64,000 nt of DNA from Chrysomallon squamiferum (GCA_012295275.1 CM022665.1:38068001-38132000), one strand, 5' to 3'; counted from the stretch's first letter, positions 1-15,100 are shown. The notes: generated by a model not told the origin, from the letters alone. Program-made: numbers and translations.

Positions 1-2715
1 AACATTGTTTTATTGGAATTGTGTTTTCAAAACCGTATTAAAATCCAAATAATATTTAATATTACATATCAATGTCAATTTGCACTTCAACAAGGTAACT
101 GCTTTCTGTGAGTTAATGGAAATATTGAAAGTCACTATAAATAAGATAATCTTAGTTTTCTGTGTTAGTTTACACGTGGCTGGTTTATTGGTTTTTAGTT
201 TATTTTTATAACTTTTGAACTAAGATTAGAATTTATTAACCAGAAACTCAAAATACCTAACTGCCTTCTGCCAGCCAAGCAGAACTAAATGAAAGACTCA
301 ATTTAAGATAATTATATTATACTTCTGCATCATACTGAACATAATGTAACTGATTAGGTAATGGATCTGAAGCGTGATGGTATGCAAGATCAAATCATGT
401 CTGAGAGCCCATTGTTTCAGCCAGTGTATTATGACTGATTTATCAAAGTCTAGAGTCATGTGCTTTCCTGCCTGTGAGAATGTGCATATAAATGATTTCT
501 AGCTACTAACTGTTAAGGATAAGACATGAAATGACTGGATCAGGTTTCCTCAGACACCAGTGAGACATAATAACCATCAGTGTAAAACATTGTTAAAGTG
601 TTTTAAAACATCATTCCTGTGACAAATTATATTCATAACATTTTGCTGTAATTAGCATAGAAATGTTTAACTTGGCCTGTAGCACCAAATGACATGCATA
701 AATCCATTCATTCTTTCTTACTGAACCTTATAAATCAGACTGGTTATTATACATGTTAATTAAATCTAACATGCATGTTTCTTGTGACCTAAGTATGTTA
801 TTAATGGATTGGTGTTCTGGATCAGGTACAGAAATACCTGCCCATTTTAAATCTTAAAATTTTATAACTATAACTTGAAACCATTTTAATACAATGCTGA
901 TGGTATTACAGCAGTCTTGGGTTGCCTGGTTTGCAGAACAGCAAAGTCAGCATTTATCTGCAGCAGTAAGAAAAATATATCATTAATGCAGAAATTTTGG
1001 TTCTTCTTTGACTATATTACAGAAAACAGTTTTGTTATTTTATTTTTTACAGCCTAGAGTTGGAAACATGATAATAGTAACATTGTCTTGGAAGATGCCA
1101 CAAACAAAAATCTCTACTTTAAATTTTCTGTCCTTTTCTTTCTTTTCTTTTTTCTTTTATTATAGTTATTTTCTAAATTGCAGGCCTTCAAGCTGTAATT
1201 ATATTCTTTCAAAGAGAAAATAATTGATGTTTAGAAAGAGGTTTTTACACTGATTAAACAATTGAGGGATTTTTTATAATGACAAAGAAAAGAAATCAGT
1301 ACAAACAATACTGATATTAAGTGTATTCATTGCTGAGTTTTGAAGCAGTTATCTGGTTAAGAATTTCAGTTTCATATCTCTGAGAATGTCTCTGGGCAGA
1401 GTACTATTTAAAGCATACACTGACTGCAAAATAGGGTAGCTGCTTATATAATCTTGTAATCATGACTACTGTAATGTATATAATATAAATATTGTGATAA
1501 ACTACATTAAATATAGCTCAGTTAAAAATATATGTGCATAAAAATATTTTTTTGAAAATAAAAAGCAATGGTATTTAGAAACCATATACATGTATATTTT
1601 GGAAGACGTTTTGTTGTTATCATGGTGGACCTGAAGGTTTTCACTGGAAAATGCCATTGAGAATAAAACTGAACTGAATGAGAAATGTGGATACAGTAGT
1701 CCTAAAATCTGCAATACGTAATATGTTGGTATGTTCTGAATGAAAGACAACATTATTTCTTTTCTTTAGTTTCTGCATTGAAATGAATTAAGAATAAAAT
1801 AATGAAAAATCAGAAAAATATCAATTTAAAAAAAAAAAGTATATGGGTACCAACATTTTCAATTTTATTTTGGAACCATATTGAACTTTGTCTTGTCCAT
1901 GATGCCTCCAACATTTTGACTAAACTGACACAGCTTTTCTTGTTAACCCACACAAACTTTCCCATTTCTACACAGTGTCATTCGTGGCATCAGAGCTGAC
2001 TTTCATGTTGCCTGTAGCTCAGATGTTTCCATGGCTACTAAATGTCTGCCTTGGCAGAAGTCATATAAAGCTTTGACAAGCATTCATCAGCTTCCCGATG
2101 TGCATTATGAAGGTTTGTAATATAATAATATTCCTTAGATCAGGTGTTGCTGCTTGCCTGGCTTTGGTAATGTATAATTAAATTGTGATAGCATTATATG
2201 CAGAGAGATGGAATTACATCATGCTGTTACCTTTTACTGATGTAATAGGCTTCTTTTTTTTGTAAAGTGGAAAAAAAATAGAAATGGACAAAATGACTTA
2301 ATAAATGTTTCATGTTTCTGCTGTTGTTAGCTAAATATGGAAAAATAGATTCAGTTTACAAATAGATTACATGGAAGAGAAAGATGTGAAGAATAAAGAA
2401 GAAGAAATTAAATACAGAAATGATTTTTGTTTATGTTAGCTAACTTATGATACTTGCTAATAGTGATAATAAATAAAATGATATTTAGAATACTTTCTTT
2501 TCTATTTCTTCCTCACATGTCCACTGATTTGATTGTAAAGTGAAAGATGGAGTCTGAATTTAGAAATGAAGAGTTACATGCACTCCATTTTCTTAATCTT
2601 CTTCCAATTACTCCAAGTGCTACACTATTGAAACTGATAAAGTCAAGTTATAGACTTGACATGTGGAATAGTTCACAGCTAGAATAAACATTTAAACAAA
2701 CAAACTTAACTCTTG

Positions 2716-2747
<32 letters not shown>

Positions 2748-5528
2748 GACTCTCTCTGACTGTCTGACTCTCTTTGATTTTATCTTTCTGTCACATTTGC
2801 ACATTAAAAAGGTATTAAAAGAAAAGGACATATCTGATTATAGCAGACATCTCAGACTTCTGTTTTAGAGCACATGATCTGATATTAGTGACAAGCTATC
2901 TTACAAGTCATTACAGTGCAGTGGTTAATCACAGTCTTCAAGACTGATAACTTCAAGAATCACAGTTATATTCAAGTTCCTAGCCAGCCATAAATAGAAA
3001 AAGCATTATATCATCCCTATTAGTGGTGCTACGATATTAAAGACCATTCTTATCATTTAGCAAAATGTTATCTTTACATGCACATTCCCAGACATTAAAA
3101 GACAAAGGCCTTTAACACACTAAATTAACCAGTAACTTTGGCTGTAATATGAAGTAAACCTCTAGGTGTACTGTAAATGTTTGATTCTTCAACCTACTGC
3201 ACTTGGTTCTCTGCATTTTCATGGAACCACTCTGCTACAGGTTAAACTAACCTTCTTTAGAATGTCATTTTTCAGTGGATGCACCTTCACTAATTAACTG
3301 AAGTTCTGGATCATGAGTTATTAGTCTGAAGGAATTTGTTTGCACTAGAACTGTTTCAAAACACTGACAACATCAAGGTCAGAAGGTTGACTAATTGTTC
3401 ATTCATCACCATCAAAATCTTGTCAGGACACAACCACATTTAATATGAATTTCATTTTTAATCCAGACCCAGCAGCCTAATTTTCTCCTCTTTGCAATAA
3501 AGCTATTTCTATTTGTTGCTTTATGATATTGCAGGCTTTGAGTTATTACTCCAATAGGAAGAAGAAGAAGTAAAAAAGAAATCAATAAATGATGTAACTA
3601 TTGGAATATCAGTTGTAAATTACTGTTTAAATATTGTTAAGATACAAAGTGCTTTAACAATGATTCATCTACTGTTCTTGATTTCAAAGGAGAGACACAA
3701 AGACCAATGATTCTGCTGTAGGTTTTTGTTTGCTTTTGACATCACAAATGCAAGACTGAATAAAGAAAATTACAATGACTTGTCTCTCTAGCTTCTTTGA
3801 TGCAATGTGGGTAAACAAATATATATGAGGTTGTTTTTTTTGGTAAATGTTTTTCTAATTTGAAAACAAAGTAAACGATGTCTAATATTTGTTCAAATTT
3901 AGTTTTCACAATTTGCTGACAAAATATCCTCTGTCAGTCAGTTGAAATAATCTAATTTTGTTTTCTCAAGAACAGATTACAGTTTGTTTAGTTTTAATGA
4001 CTGCATTAAATATTAAAATACTAAAATGAGACACAGACAATAGATCTTGTATTCAGCTTTCAGATGAAAGACGTTTTCATTTTTATTTTTAAATGCAGAC
4101 AGCAGTAAAATAAGTAAAAGAATGGTTGATAACTATAGCTTTTATAAATATGACAGCACCTACCTTGACCTTTGATGCATGAATTACAAGTAGTAATACT
4201 CAGAATGTGTGTTTACTCAAATGAAAAATAATCTAGTGGGTACAATGATGTGGACTGATCATATGATCTTTTACTGTTCATATAAATAGTCCAGCATTGA
4301 ACTGCAGTCCATGACTAAATATCTGAAAGTAAGTTGTATGTACTGTGAGATATTTAATTTAAAAGTACCATGTCTTAAAGAGTTTTGAAAAAGATTTTGG
4401 AATCTGATTTTAAGCCTATTCTGTGAATAAAGGAACATATTTTAGTGCTTAAGCCTGTTTATCATTTACACTGAACGATTGTGTAGTCGAGCCAGTACTT
4501 CATGGCTGGTTTGATAAAATGAGAAGATGTATATAAAAACACCTTCTGCTGATCTAAAGAAAAACCAATTAAATAGCACAAATGGGTTTTCTTTTTTAAT
4601 ATCTGTATTTATTCAGTAACTGAAACAATTTCAGATGCTGATTTTAAAATTTATAAACAGTATGAATATTTTTGTAATTTTCTTTAGTAGAACTCTCCAG
4701 ATTTAATGACTGCAGTATTTATTTATTTGTTCAGTCGTAAGTTTACTTGACCATATGTCTGACACTGGAGAAGTAGATTTGAGAAAACAAATGTTGAGTA
4801 TGTTCTTAAATAAAACATTTCTTTCTTCTGCATGAGAAATGTGTATTTATCTTTAGAAAGTAATCTACTTCGACAGTTTTATTGTTTTGGTTGTATCATG
4901 TTATATCACGTAACTTATACCTTGCCCATTCACAATACAGCATTGTCATTAACCTGAAAGGTAAGATTATACAGGTGTGAAAAGTGGCAATCTGTACCTT
5001 GCAATGATATTACACCTGTTTGCTGCATGTCATTTACCTGGTTTATACCTGAATAGCAAAATGCTATTTCTATGCTTGAAAGCTACTATAATTAAAATGT
5101 CCACGTCTTTTCATTTGTCTTTAAGAAGAAAGATAAATGCAAATTTCAAAACTTGTAATGTTTTATATCTTATATACACTGATTTTGAGGGGTGTTCTTT
5201 CCATGCCATCACCTAATTCGTTTAAATACAGTGACTGTGGTCCTTTTTCTAAAATTCAGGGTCTTTATAGTTTGGTTTCTTGTTCTAGTAAGATTTCTGA
5301 AAATATATATTTTTTTAATTTTTATATCTTGTGCTTTTATTTTAATAAAGACCCAAAATTAATTTTTTTTATAAAATAAAAGAATATTTTTCTTTATTTT
5401 TATTTAATAAGTGCACTCAGCTTTTTAAATTAATTTTTGCATTTCAAAAATAAAATGATTTTTATTTTGCTTTACCACATTTTGGGATAGGCAATTATTT
5501 ACATCATTACTTTTGCCCCTGCTGATAG

Positions 5529-5567
5529 ACTGGTGTTAATATTCTGTGGTGCCAAATCAAATTTCCT
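5529..5567 (+). CDS. NRXN: candidate neurexin SS2-position microexon (TGVNILWCQIKFP)
   Basis: ttttgcccctgctgatag acceptor with two TGC motifs; CCT|gtgagt donor; 39 nt; phase 0-0, matching acceptor 7993. Confidence 0.42.
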
Positions 5568-7992
5568 GTGAGTGCCTAGTAGACTGTTCCTTTGTCATGT
5601 GTTATGTCATGTGCCTTTTGTGCCTAGAATAGATAATTACTTTTATCAATAGATTTTTATTTTTGCTTTTCTATTTTTCTTTCTTTTTGTTTCTAAGCCT
5701 TTTTTTTTTTTTTGGACCATTATAAATTTTCATATTTGTTTTTCATTAGGACATAACAAAAAAAAATTGTTTTACATTTTCTTTAAAAATAAAATTTAAT
5801 TAAATATTTATTTATTTATTTATTTATTTATGGTTCGGTAATTTTATTTTTGAAACAAGACATTGAATGCTTTGTTATATTTTGTCTTCTGTTCAGTTCA
5901 AAGTTTTGTTGAATGTTATTGCATGCTGACATTTTTACAAGTTGATGTATATATATTTTTAATTTAGGGAACTGAAATATCAACTGTACTTACTAAATAA
6001 TATTGATAAAAATGTTAACTAAACATTTTAATTGCCGTCTTTCTTTTTTTAACATTAGTTAATTAGAAATTTTAAAAATGTATTTACAATTGAAAATACA
6101 TTTTTTCATTCAAAAATTTTAAATTGGGTTTATCTATGAAATTTTTTTATTAAAATGGATGAATAATAACAATAAAATATTTTTGGTATTTATCTCTTGC
6201 TATTAACTGAATAGATTACTAGAAACAAAATATTGTTCTAAATATACATTTGCATAGAAATATTCCAATATTCAGAATTATTCACATCAAAGCTAAATAT
6301 TTATAAAAGCATTTGCCATTTGCAAATTACTAATACAGAAATTACTGAATGTGTCTAATATAAAAATGGAATTATGCAAAATAGTGTAGGTATAAACAAA
6401 TACTAAGTATTGTACACATGAAAATTGTTAGCTGAATATATGAAAGATCTGTCACCACTCACAAGTTATTTACCAAACTTTCCTGTTATAAACTAAAGAC
6501 ATGTCAATCAAACCAGGGGTTGTGTCATTCACAGCAGGTCACCTGGTAAATGAGCTGTCACATATGATGGCTTTTAAGTCCATTTCATCAGATAGGGGAG
6601 AAAAAAAATCAGCTTTCATCTCATCTCCCAAAGGATTTGGACATGTTGCTTTAAAGTTTAACTTTCAACATATGGGAAATTGAATTTTAGGTTTTGGTGG
6701 ATTCCCTTTGGCTTTTTTCCCAATCCAACATGCACTAAGGGATTGGCAAGCTAAAGAATATATTGGAAAGTCACATGTATACACATGCAGTTTAATGTAT
6801 TTCAAAGACATTATGCATTACCAGTGTAAACATATATATATACTCAGCATTATTGTATTACTACTGAAGGGTTACTTATAGTTATGTTCTACATTAAATC
6901 TATTTTACTAATGGGAAATTAAGTGGGTTTTTTGGAATAACTGTTATAAAATTTCCAATAAAGCACCTTGGATTTCAATGATGTAATATGTAGCCTCCTG
7001 TCCACCATTCCCTTATTTCATATCAGTGAGTTTATTTAAGTTTTATTACTACATTTAAGTTCTTATATTTAAGTTTTAATACAATATTGTCTCTAGCTGT
7101 TCCATTCTTTCCCTAATGCTTGTGTGTCTTCTTGATATTGTGTTAGTGTTTGGTGAAGGACTACAATGTAAAAAAATGTTTACTTAAAATATTTTTCCAG
7201 TTACTTCAAAGTAAAATAAAATTTAAAACATAATTAGAATTGTTTGAATTAGACTTTTACCTGCATAACATGATCCATTATATGGGAACCATATTGATTT
7301 TTGATTATGTGGCTTAAAACATTTGTTATCTTACTGACATGTTGGGCATATATATTACATGTAATATATTGATTAACTAACTGCTAGTTTTTTTTTTGTG
7401 AGTAATTTATATGTCTTCATAAAGAATTTTATTGAAAATGCAGACAAATACAAAAAGAGTAATGAAATCTACTAAATATCTTTATTTAAGAATTGCTGTA
7501 AAAATGAATGTCAGTTGTCATTTTGAAAAAATATACCAGGATTGTAACTGCTTTAAAAAGTCACTTGTTGTAATTGTTTTTGTTATTTCAGAACAATTTT
7601 TGTGCCACAGTATTTGTAAAACAGCCTTATATGCTTAGAAAATTAAGTAGACATGTTTGGTTTTGAGAGAAAAAGTATTGTTTTTTTGCATTAATTGTAA
7701 TTAAAGAAAACAAAACAACTCCTTTACACATAAAATTTGTTTCATAAAGAAATGTTTCTTTACATTTATTATATTACACAATGGAACACTGAAAGTAGTT
7801 TACAAAGTATTTCTATTTTTAAATACATATATACAAAATTTAAATGTTCAAAAAATGCTTGATATATTTCAGTTATTATACAAAAACCTATTTTATTTAT
7901 TTATATTATTTATTAAACCCCTGTAATGTAAATATATGTATTTCATAATGTAAAATGTATGTTTGGAGATAATGTGTGCTCTATACTTGCAG

Positions 7993-8151
7993 ATTTCAAT
8001 TGAAGTAGATGGAGTACATCGGCGTTCAGGTAGCACAACAGGGACATTCACACAACTCAGCAGCAGCATCCTCTATGTAGGTGGCAGCCCCAACACCGGA
8101 CAGTTGGCTGGTACCAGCGTCTTCCAGAACTTTAAAGGTTGCATGAGAAAG
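7993..8151 (+). CDS. NRXN: alpha-neurexin exon, C-terminal part of LNS2 (gene begins upstream of the window)
   Basis: ttgcag acceptor; ISIEVDG...LYVGGSPNTGQLAGTSVFQNFKGCMRK resembles neurexin VTISVDG...FYVGGSPSTADLPGS..NFMGCLK; donor gttggt; phase 0-0. Confidence 0.93.
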
Positions 8152-8727
8152 GTTGGTTTGAGTTTCTTTTGTCTTATAAAATAATATTCCTGTCTATTAT
8201 TATTTTTTTCTATGTTTTTATGACTCTCTGTACATAAGTTGTGAACATTCATTTAAAAAATATCCTAACAGATTACCAAAGAATAACAATGCAGAGGGGG
8301 GGTAAAATAAAATGTGTATGTGTGTGTTTGTGTATTTAATTATAAGTATGTGTGTATGTCACAGTTATTTTATACTTCACATAACAAAATAGGTTTAAAG
8401 CCATTTTGGATAAAATAAGTTTCAATTTCGGCAGAATTTTTTTTTTTTTTTAAAAGAGATAATAACTTCAGTAGAAAATGTGTACTGAAAAAATTTAAAT
8501 ATAATTTCTGCAGCTGAATTCAGAAAGGAGAAAAACATTTTTTACCTCCCTCTTTCAAACTGATGTCTAGTTTTGACAGTTAGAAAGAAATATTAAATAC
8601 AGTGGTAAGATGTATTTCAAATATGATTTTTTTTTTAAAAGATTGTAAGAATAATATTTTAGAAAATCTTCAGCAGTTTTCACTGAGTTATATTAAATAA
8701 TTTGTACACAATTTATTAATAATCTGG

Positions 8728-9000
8728 TTGTAGCTCAGTATTCAGAATGCAAGGCTCTCCAGGATCAGTTCCTCTCTGGTATTATCACTGGATTATTTCC
8801 CACTCCAACAAGTATAACTGGTTTTGTAACTTAGGGAATGTGCATATAAAACATCTGTTTGCTGAATTAAATTGCTGATAATTTATAACAGCACGTAAGG
8901 TTACCATTTTCTTGTTATCATTACAGAGAAATTCATGTATGCTGGAAACATAATATCTATTAATATTAAAATTTTACTAAAAAGACATTCCTTTATTTAT
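8728..9000 (+). mobile_element. decayed tRNA-derived SINE copy
   Basis: gtagctcagt...ggatcagttcc...ggattatttcccactccaac...gtgcatataaaacatc; same blocks as the 33740 copy. Confidence 0.55.
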
Positions 9001-10989
9001 TCAGTTAATCACTTAACAATATCAAAAATTAATAAACATTTTTGAAATATGTCCTTCTGAATGTCTGTGTGCACAATATGTTTGTGTTTTTCTTTGAATG
9101 TGCATGTTTTAACAGTTACATTCATTTGTCTTTGGGTATGTATAAATTACTAATTATGAACTTATTCACCCATACATAGACATACCTAATTTCCAAAGCA
9201 CTTCGCATTATCTTTTATATCTTACATTACTTGACTTTAGATAAACTCACATTACTTCTGATAACACTCATCACATTAAGAAATTAGTTTTACTTAATCT
9301 TCTTTGCATAATATTCGTATCACCCACTTTCTAGTACACACCCTGATTTACTTCTTCATCTATGAGTCTCAGTAATTGTTTACTGATAGCTGGCTGTTGA
9401 ATTATTGCTAAGCTTCTTATGGATTTTTGAGCTAATGATGTACGGTTTTTACCAGAATGGTTTAGAATTTATCAGCTTGGAGGTCACTACGTTGAGCTTC
9501 TAATATGATGACACCATTTGGTATTGCACCTTATCTTTCCAAAACATTTGGTAATTAATTATTTATTACTTATGGTGATGAATGGAAATGTCAGTTTGTG
9601 TGAAGAAGAATATCATATTTATATTCATTCATTCATTTATTTGTTAATTTGTTTGTATATACATGCATATATACATAAATATCTACATACATTTATACCT
9701 ACAAACACCGTCTCAAACGCACACACACCACACACACACACACATACATACACATAAATATATATAAGTACTGATATACCCATCTATATGTATATATCCA
9801 TATATACATCCTCACATGTACACACACATACATGCATATGCATATGCATATAAATACATACAACTGTGTGCAAACAGTATATAGCAGAAGATGCATCTAA
9901 ATGAAAGTTGAAAATATAAACATACAATTATATACTTTTTATGACTTTTTGAAAAAAGAAAAGAAAATGAAAACTTTAAAAGAACCTACTTACTTTGAAT
10001 AAACTTTCATATTCTCTTGTCATCTTTGAAAAGAAAACTACATCTGTAATTAAATACTTTTCTTTTTAATAAATTAGTCTGATGGCTTTAGATGTTTGTA
10101 CAAAACATATTTACCGTCTAAACTAATGGATTCTATTTCTGTACTTTCTTATCTGTTTGAAAGTGTATATATTAAAGATCCCTTGTTGATAATAAATGAA
10201 AGTAGTAATGATTTCTCTTTAAGAACATTGGCAGACATCAGATTAATCATAGGTATGATTCCCTTTAACTGTTGATTGAAGACTGAGTAATGAAGTTTCA
10301 TTAGACCAATTAATACTACTTTTCTCTTTAGTAAAGGTTTTCTTATAGTAATATAGAGTAAATCGGATTGGTTATAGATGTATGTAATTTAATACATTTA
10401 TTTATTTATTTAGTATCATAACCATATTTTTCTTCACTATAATCATAATAATCATTCCTATATCTATCATTTAAAATTAAAATTAGGGAGAAAAGAAAAT
10501 GAAAAAAAAAGCTAAAAATAAATATAATTTTTTGGACTTAAGTATTTGTTAATAATATCTGATGTTTTCTCTACACTGAAGTATCATTTATCCATTCTAT
10601 TTATATACAAAAATCTTTAATATATTTTAGCAAAGAATGTACTAGACAGAGTTAACCTGTATGTGAAGACTTAGTTTCAGTTTTCTTAGTAGTACAGGGT
10701 TTTATATATTGAAGTTTTCTTTTCTTTTATAATTAAAATAATACTGAAATGTTATTAAACAGAAAACTGTTGTTTTTTTTCTGGTTATAGGTGACCTGTA
10801 AAAGTGACAATATTAGATTTAACAATTTTATTAAAACCTCCTTACAGATATTTCTTAATGCTGTGTCATTAATGTTATCTTCTTTTTTCTCTCATAGTAG
10901 TATATTACATGTATTATCTTTTATGTAAAAACAGTAACTAAATATTATTTTGAGATTTAGTTAAAAAATAACTCAAATTTTTATTACAG

Positions 10990-11782
10990 GTAAAATACAA
11001 GGCTGACAACATTGAACTGGATCTAACAGAACTTGCCCAGACAGAGCACAGTTTGATCAGTGTCTTTGGAGATGTCATCTTCAACAAGTGCCAAGAGCTT
11101 GTTGAATCTCACCCCATCACCTTCACCACCCCAGAATCATACATCACCCTGCCCACTTGGGATGTGTCTCACCGCAGAGGATCTCTTGCATTTCAGTTTC
11201 AGACAACAGAACTCAATGGTGTTCTCATATACAATGCCGGCCCTGACAGTGTCAAAGATTTCTTTGGTATTGAAATCCTTGATGGCCATCTTTATCTTGT
11301 CCTCAACCTTGGTTCAGGAGTCCAGAAGGTCAAGGCCAGCAAACATCAAGTCTGTGATGGCAATCCCCATGAGGTTTATGTTGACTATCAAGGACAACAA
11401 GGGTACATAACTCTAGATGGAGTAAAAGAATCTTATTATTCCGACGGCACAAGTGATATGCTGGAGTTGTCTGGATTTCTCTTTGTTGGTGGGATTAATG
11501 ACAAGCTTGACCAGAACGTTTTGCCACAGGAGATGTGGGCTGGAATGCTTGGGCATGGCTATGTAGGCTGCTTCCAGGATCTTGTCATCAATGGCAAAAA
11601 GGTGGATCTTGTTGTGGCAGCTAATGGTCAGGCAGCTAAAGGGATTGCAGAATATTGTCACAGGATTGAGCCACAGTGCCTCAGTCATCCATGCATGCAT
11701 CATGGGATTTGTTTAGAAGGCTGGAATAGATTTGTATGTGATTGTCGAGCTACTGGCTACATTGGAAATGTCTGTCAGAAGG
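10990..11782 (+). CDS. NRXN: alpha-neurexin exon: LNS2 end, LNS3, EGF2
   Basis: ttacag|VKYKADNIELDL...PITFTTPESYITLPTW...GYVGCFQDL...CLSHPCMHHGICLEGWNRFVCDCRATGYIGNVCQK|gtttgt; phase 0-1. Confidence 0.97.
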
Positions 11783-12130
11783 GTTTGTATATTTTAAAAT
11801 TGTTGTGTTTTTTTGGTTTGTTTTTTCTCTTTTATGCATTAATTGCACTTGTTACATTTTATTTAATTATTATTTTGTTCTTGTATTTTATTTAAATTAT
11901 TTTTTAAAATTATTTATTTACATATTTTATTTATTTATTTGTTGATTTATTTATTTAATATAATTTTTTTTTTTTTTTATATTCGTTTATTTATTTTTTG
12001 TTTGCTTGCTTTAGTTGGATGGAGGGTAATTAATAGAAATAGTAATTGTAAACTTATGATAAAAAATACTTCTAATATCTAAAAACAACCTTATACATAA
12101 CTGTTTTGTTTCTTTGTTTCTTTTTTTGTT

Positions 12131-12173
<43 letters not shown>

Positions 12174-15100
12174 ATAGAAATACATTTCTTTTGTGATCAT
12201 TTATCGAATTCTAACTTGTATCATGTCAAGAAGTCATTTGGATTTATGTCTTATCCATTAAAAACTAATTATTGATCTAAAGCTGATCCCACCTTTGTGT
12301 AATTTTCCCTATAAGAAAAGATTAGTGAAATACTCTTTCTTGCTTATTGAAAGAAATTGTTTTCTGAAAAGAGACTTTGGACCTGATTTTATAGCTCAGG
12401 ATTTATTGGATCCCCAGATGTGTGTCTGCTTGAACTTTAATTGAATATTATCATGACAGTATATTTATTAACCTACAAAAAATCTGAAGTGCGTCAACTA
12501 AATTACATAGAATGATGGGTATATGTGTGACATATACAAAATATCTAACAGTATTCCTCACTTTCACAAACTGAGCATAATTATACCTTCATTTCTCCTA
12601 AATGCCTACTTTTGGACATGAAATATTTCCAAATGATAATAATGCACTCTACATAAAGACCTACATTATTTATTAATTTATAGTCAGCAGGTTTGACATG
12701 TTAGCTATAAAACTGAGTTTGTGTTGTGTGAAGATGGTATTTTATTACATAAAAGCGATAATCTTGTGTGTTGGTGTCCGGTGAATGCACACCAATTGTA
12801 GGAAATTGATCTGTAACAAGATGAATACCTGCTGCTCACTAAATCTGATTCACATGTCACTTGGTTATTTTCTCCTCACCATGCAAATTATAGTGATCAA
12901 GACAGACCTAACTGTCCAAGCAGTGTGTGTTCATGATCCATCTTCAGTACTTCACAGCACTGCATTTACAAGTTAAATAATTTCTACATGTATATCTTTA
13001 TATCTTAATTCACTTCTGAATTCTTAGATTACTATGTTCTACCTAGAATAAATAAACTGATATACAATTTCATTTTGTTGATTTGCATTTCTAAAGCAAT
13101 CTGATACAGATGACATTATTACATTATAATGTGTATACCACAAGTTTTCTAAGATATCATTCTTTTGTTCTTGGTTTTTCAATTTTTGTTGTTCTTTTTC
13201 CTTTCTAACACTTTTTTTTCTCTCTTTTTTCTTCCTCTTCTTTTTTTTTTTTTTTTTTTCTTTTCAAACTGGAATTTCAATTTACTTTTTTCCACAAATA
13301 GTAAATTACTGTACAGAATGTTTAGGGTATGTATTTCAACTGTTAGTTATAACTAAAGACTAGGAAATGGACTGTTGGATAGTGTTAGATCAATTTCAAG
13401 AATTGAGTTTCAGGATTTCTCATTTCAACCAAAACTTTGTTTTTTTTTATCTTTCTCTGTGACTATATGTATGCAAACCATCTTGCTACTGCTTTTTAAG
13501 AGTTATCCATTGTAGGTTTCTTCTTTAAAAAAACATTTCAAAATAAGATAATTAACAGCTGATAGCTATTAATATAAAAATATTTTGTGGTGTAGCCAAA
13601 CAAACATAGTTTCATTTTTTCATTCATTCATTTTTTTCGTTGGTTCTTTCTAAGAAATCCAGTTGCTATTAAATGCTGGTTTCAGCTTAGAGTTTTTAAT
13701 TTTTTAAAACACTTTTCTAATCAAGTTTTTTTTTTAGCTTTTCCTTGAAACTGACACTTCTTTCAATCATTGTTTGGCACTTCTAAAACTTCATTAAAGA
13801 GATATTTAAAAAAACAAAAAAAAATACTTTGTCACTTTAAAAGTTGTCTTAAAAAATTACCTCAAGATACTTTAAAAAACAAAGACTGTGAAATTATAAA
13901 AAGTTATCTAAAGAAACTGGAAAAAAAAGCTTTTTTATTTTCATCATTAAATACTAAAGAAGAGTATTGGATTATTGGTGACAGTTTACACAAAGGCATC
14001 ATAAACAGGAGAAGAAGCTGTTGGAGCAAATAAAAAGAAAAGAAACATTTTTTGTTCAGTGTTTGCATATTGCAGCTTTTTCAAAATAGACTGGATTTTA
14101 TAGCTTAGAAGTTGAAAGTGGATATATCAGGAAGGAGGTTTAATAGGATTTGAACATTTCTATACTTAGTGACTTACAAGCAATACTTATGCTTGGATCA
14201 ATGTAAATTTACCATGTAGATCATCATTATAACTGTAGTAAAATAAATTAATTAATTAAATAATAATATCAACAACAACAAAAAATAAATAAATAATTCT
14301 GTCCAAAGTATTTCCTTATTTATTTTTTACTTAACCAATGTGGTTCGTTGCCAATTTGTTTACCACTGTAAGAAGAAAAGTACTTTGTTTTTTTATTAAA
14401 TACATAAGGTTATAATACTATATCAGTTTTATTATTAAAGTTACTAGGATTTGTAAGAAAAGTGTAGGACAAACTAGTACAGGAGTTTTCTTATTAAATA
14501 CCAAAGGATTTAATAGAACAGTGCAAGAACAAAATAATACGGTTGTTTTATTACTAAAGTTATAAACATTTTTAAGAACAAAATAGTACACTAGGTTCTG
14601 ACAGAACAGCATAGAACAATAGTAAAGTAATTTTATTAGGATGATAGCTTGAGTGAACATTGTAAAACAAAATGATGTCAAAGAAATCAGGGTAATAAAG
14701 ATTGAAGCATTCTGGAACAAATGTCATTTATACTTTGTTACAGATGGGGAATGATGGTAAATTAGAATTGAACAAGGTGTTTACAAGGAGTTAAAGAAAC
14801 GAGGTTAATAACATTTGCTGGGATACTGGTACTTGAACATTCTGCCAATTATTGTTTCAATTTAGTCTTAAGATTTTTTGATTTGTTTTTAATTATTATT
14901 ATTATTATTATAGGTGGCTTGGTCATGGTGTTTGGTTTGACAGATCTAACAACCCAAAACAAAAATTTGTTGTTATTTTTGTTACTGATATTGCATGTTT
15001 TTATTTACTTACTTATATTCTTCTTCTTTTTCTTCTTTTTCTTATCCTTCCTTTTCATGTTCTTATTAGTATTATTCTGTTGTTGTTTTTACCTTTGTTA

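Noticed and set aside
11060-11703. Overlapping alternative-frame and antisense ORFs within neurexin exons
   Set aside because: Shadows of the real coding frame with no independent signals
12894-12926. Possible microexon VIKTDLTVQAV after EGF2
   Set aside because: Only a very weak in-phase donor (gtgttc)
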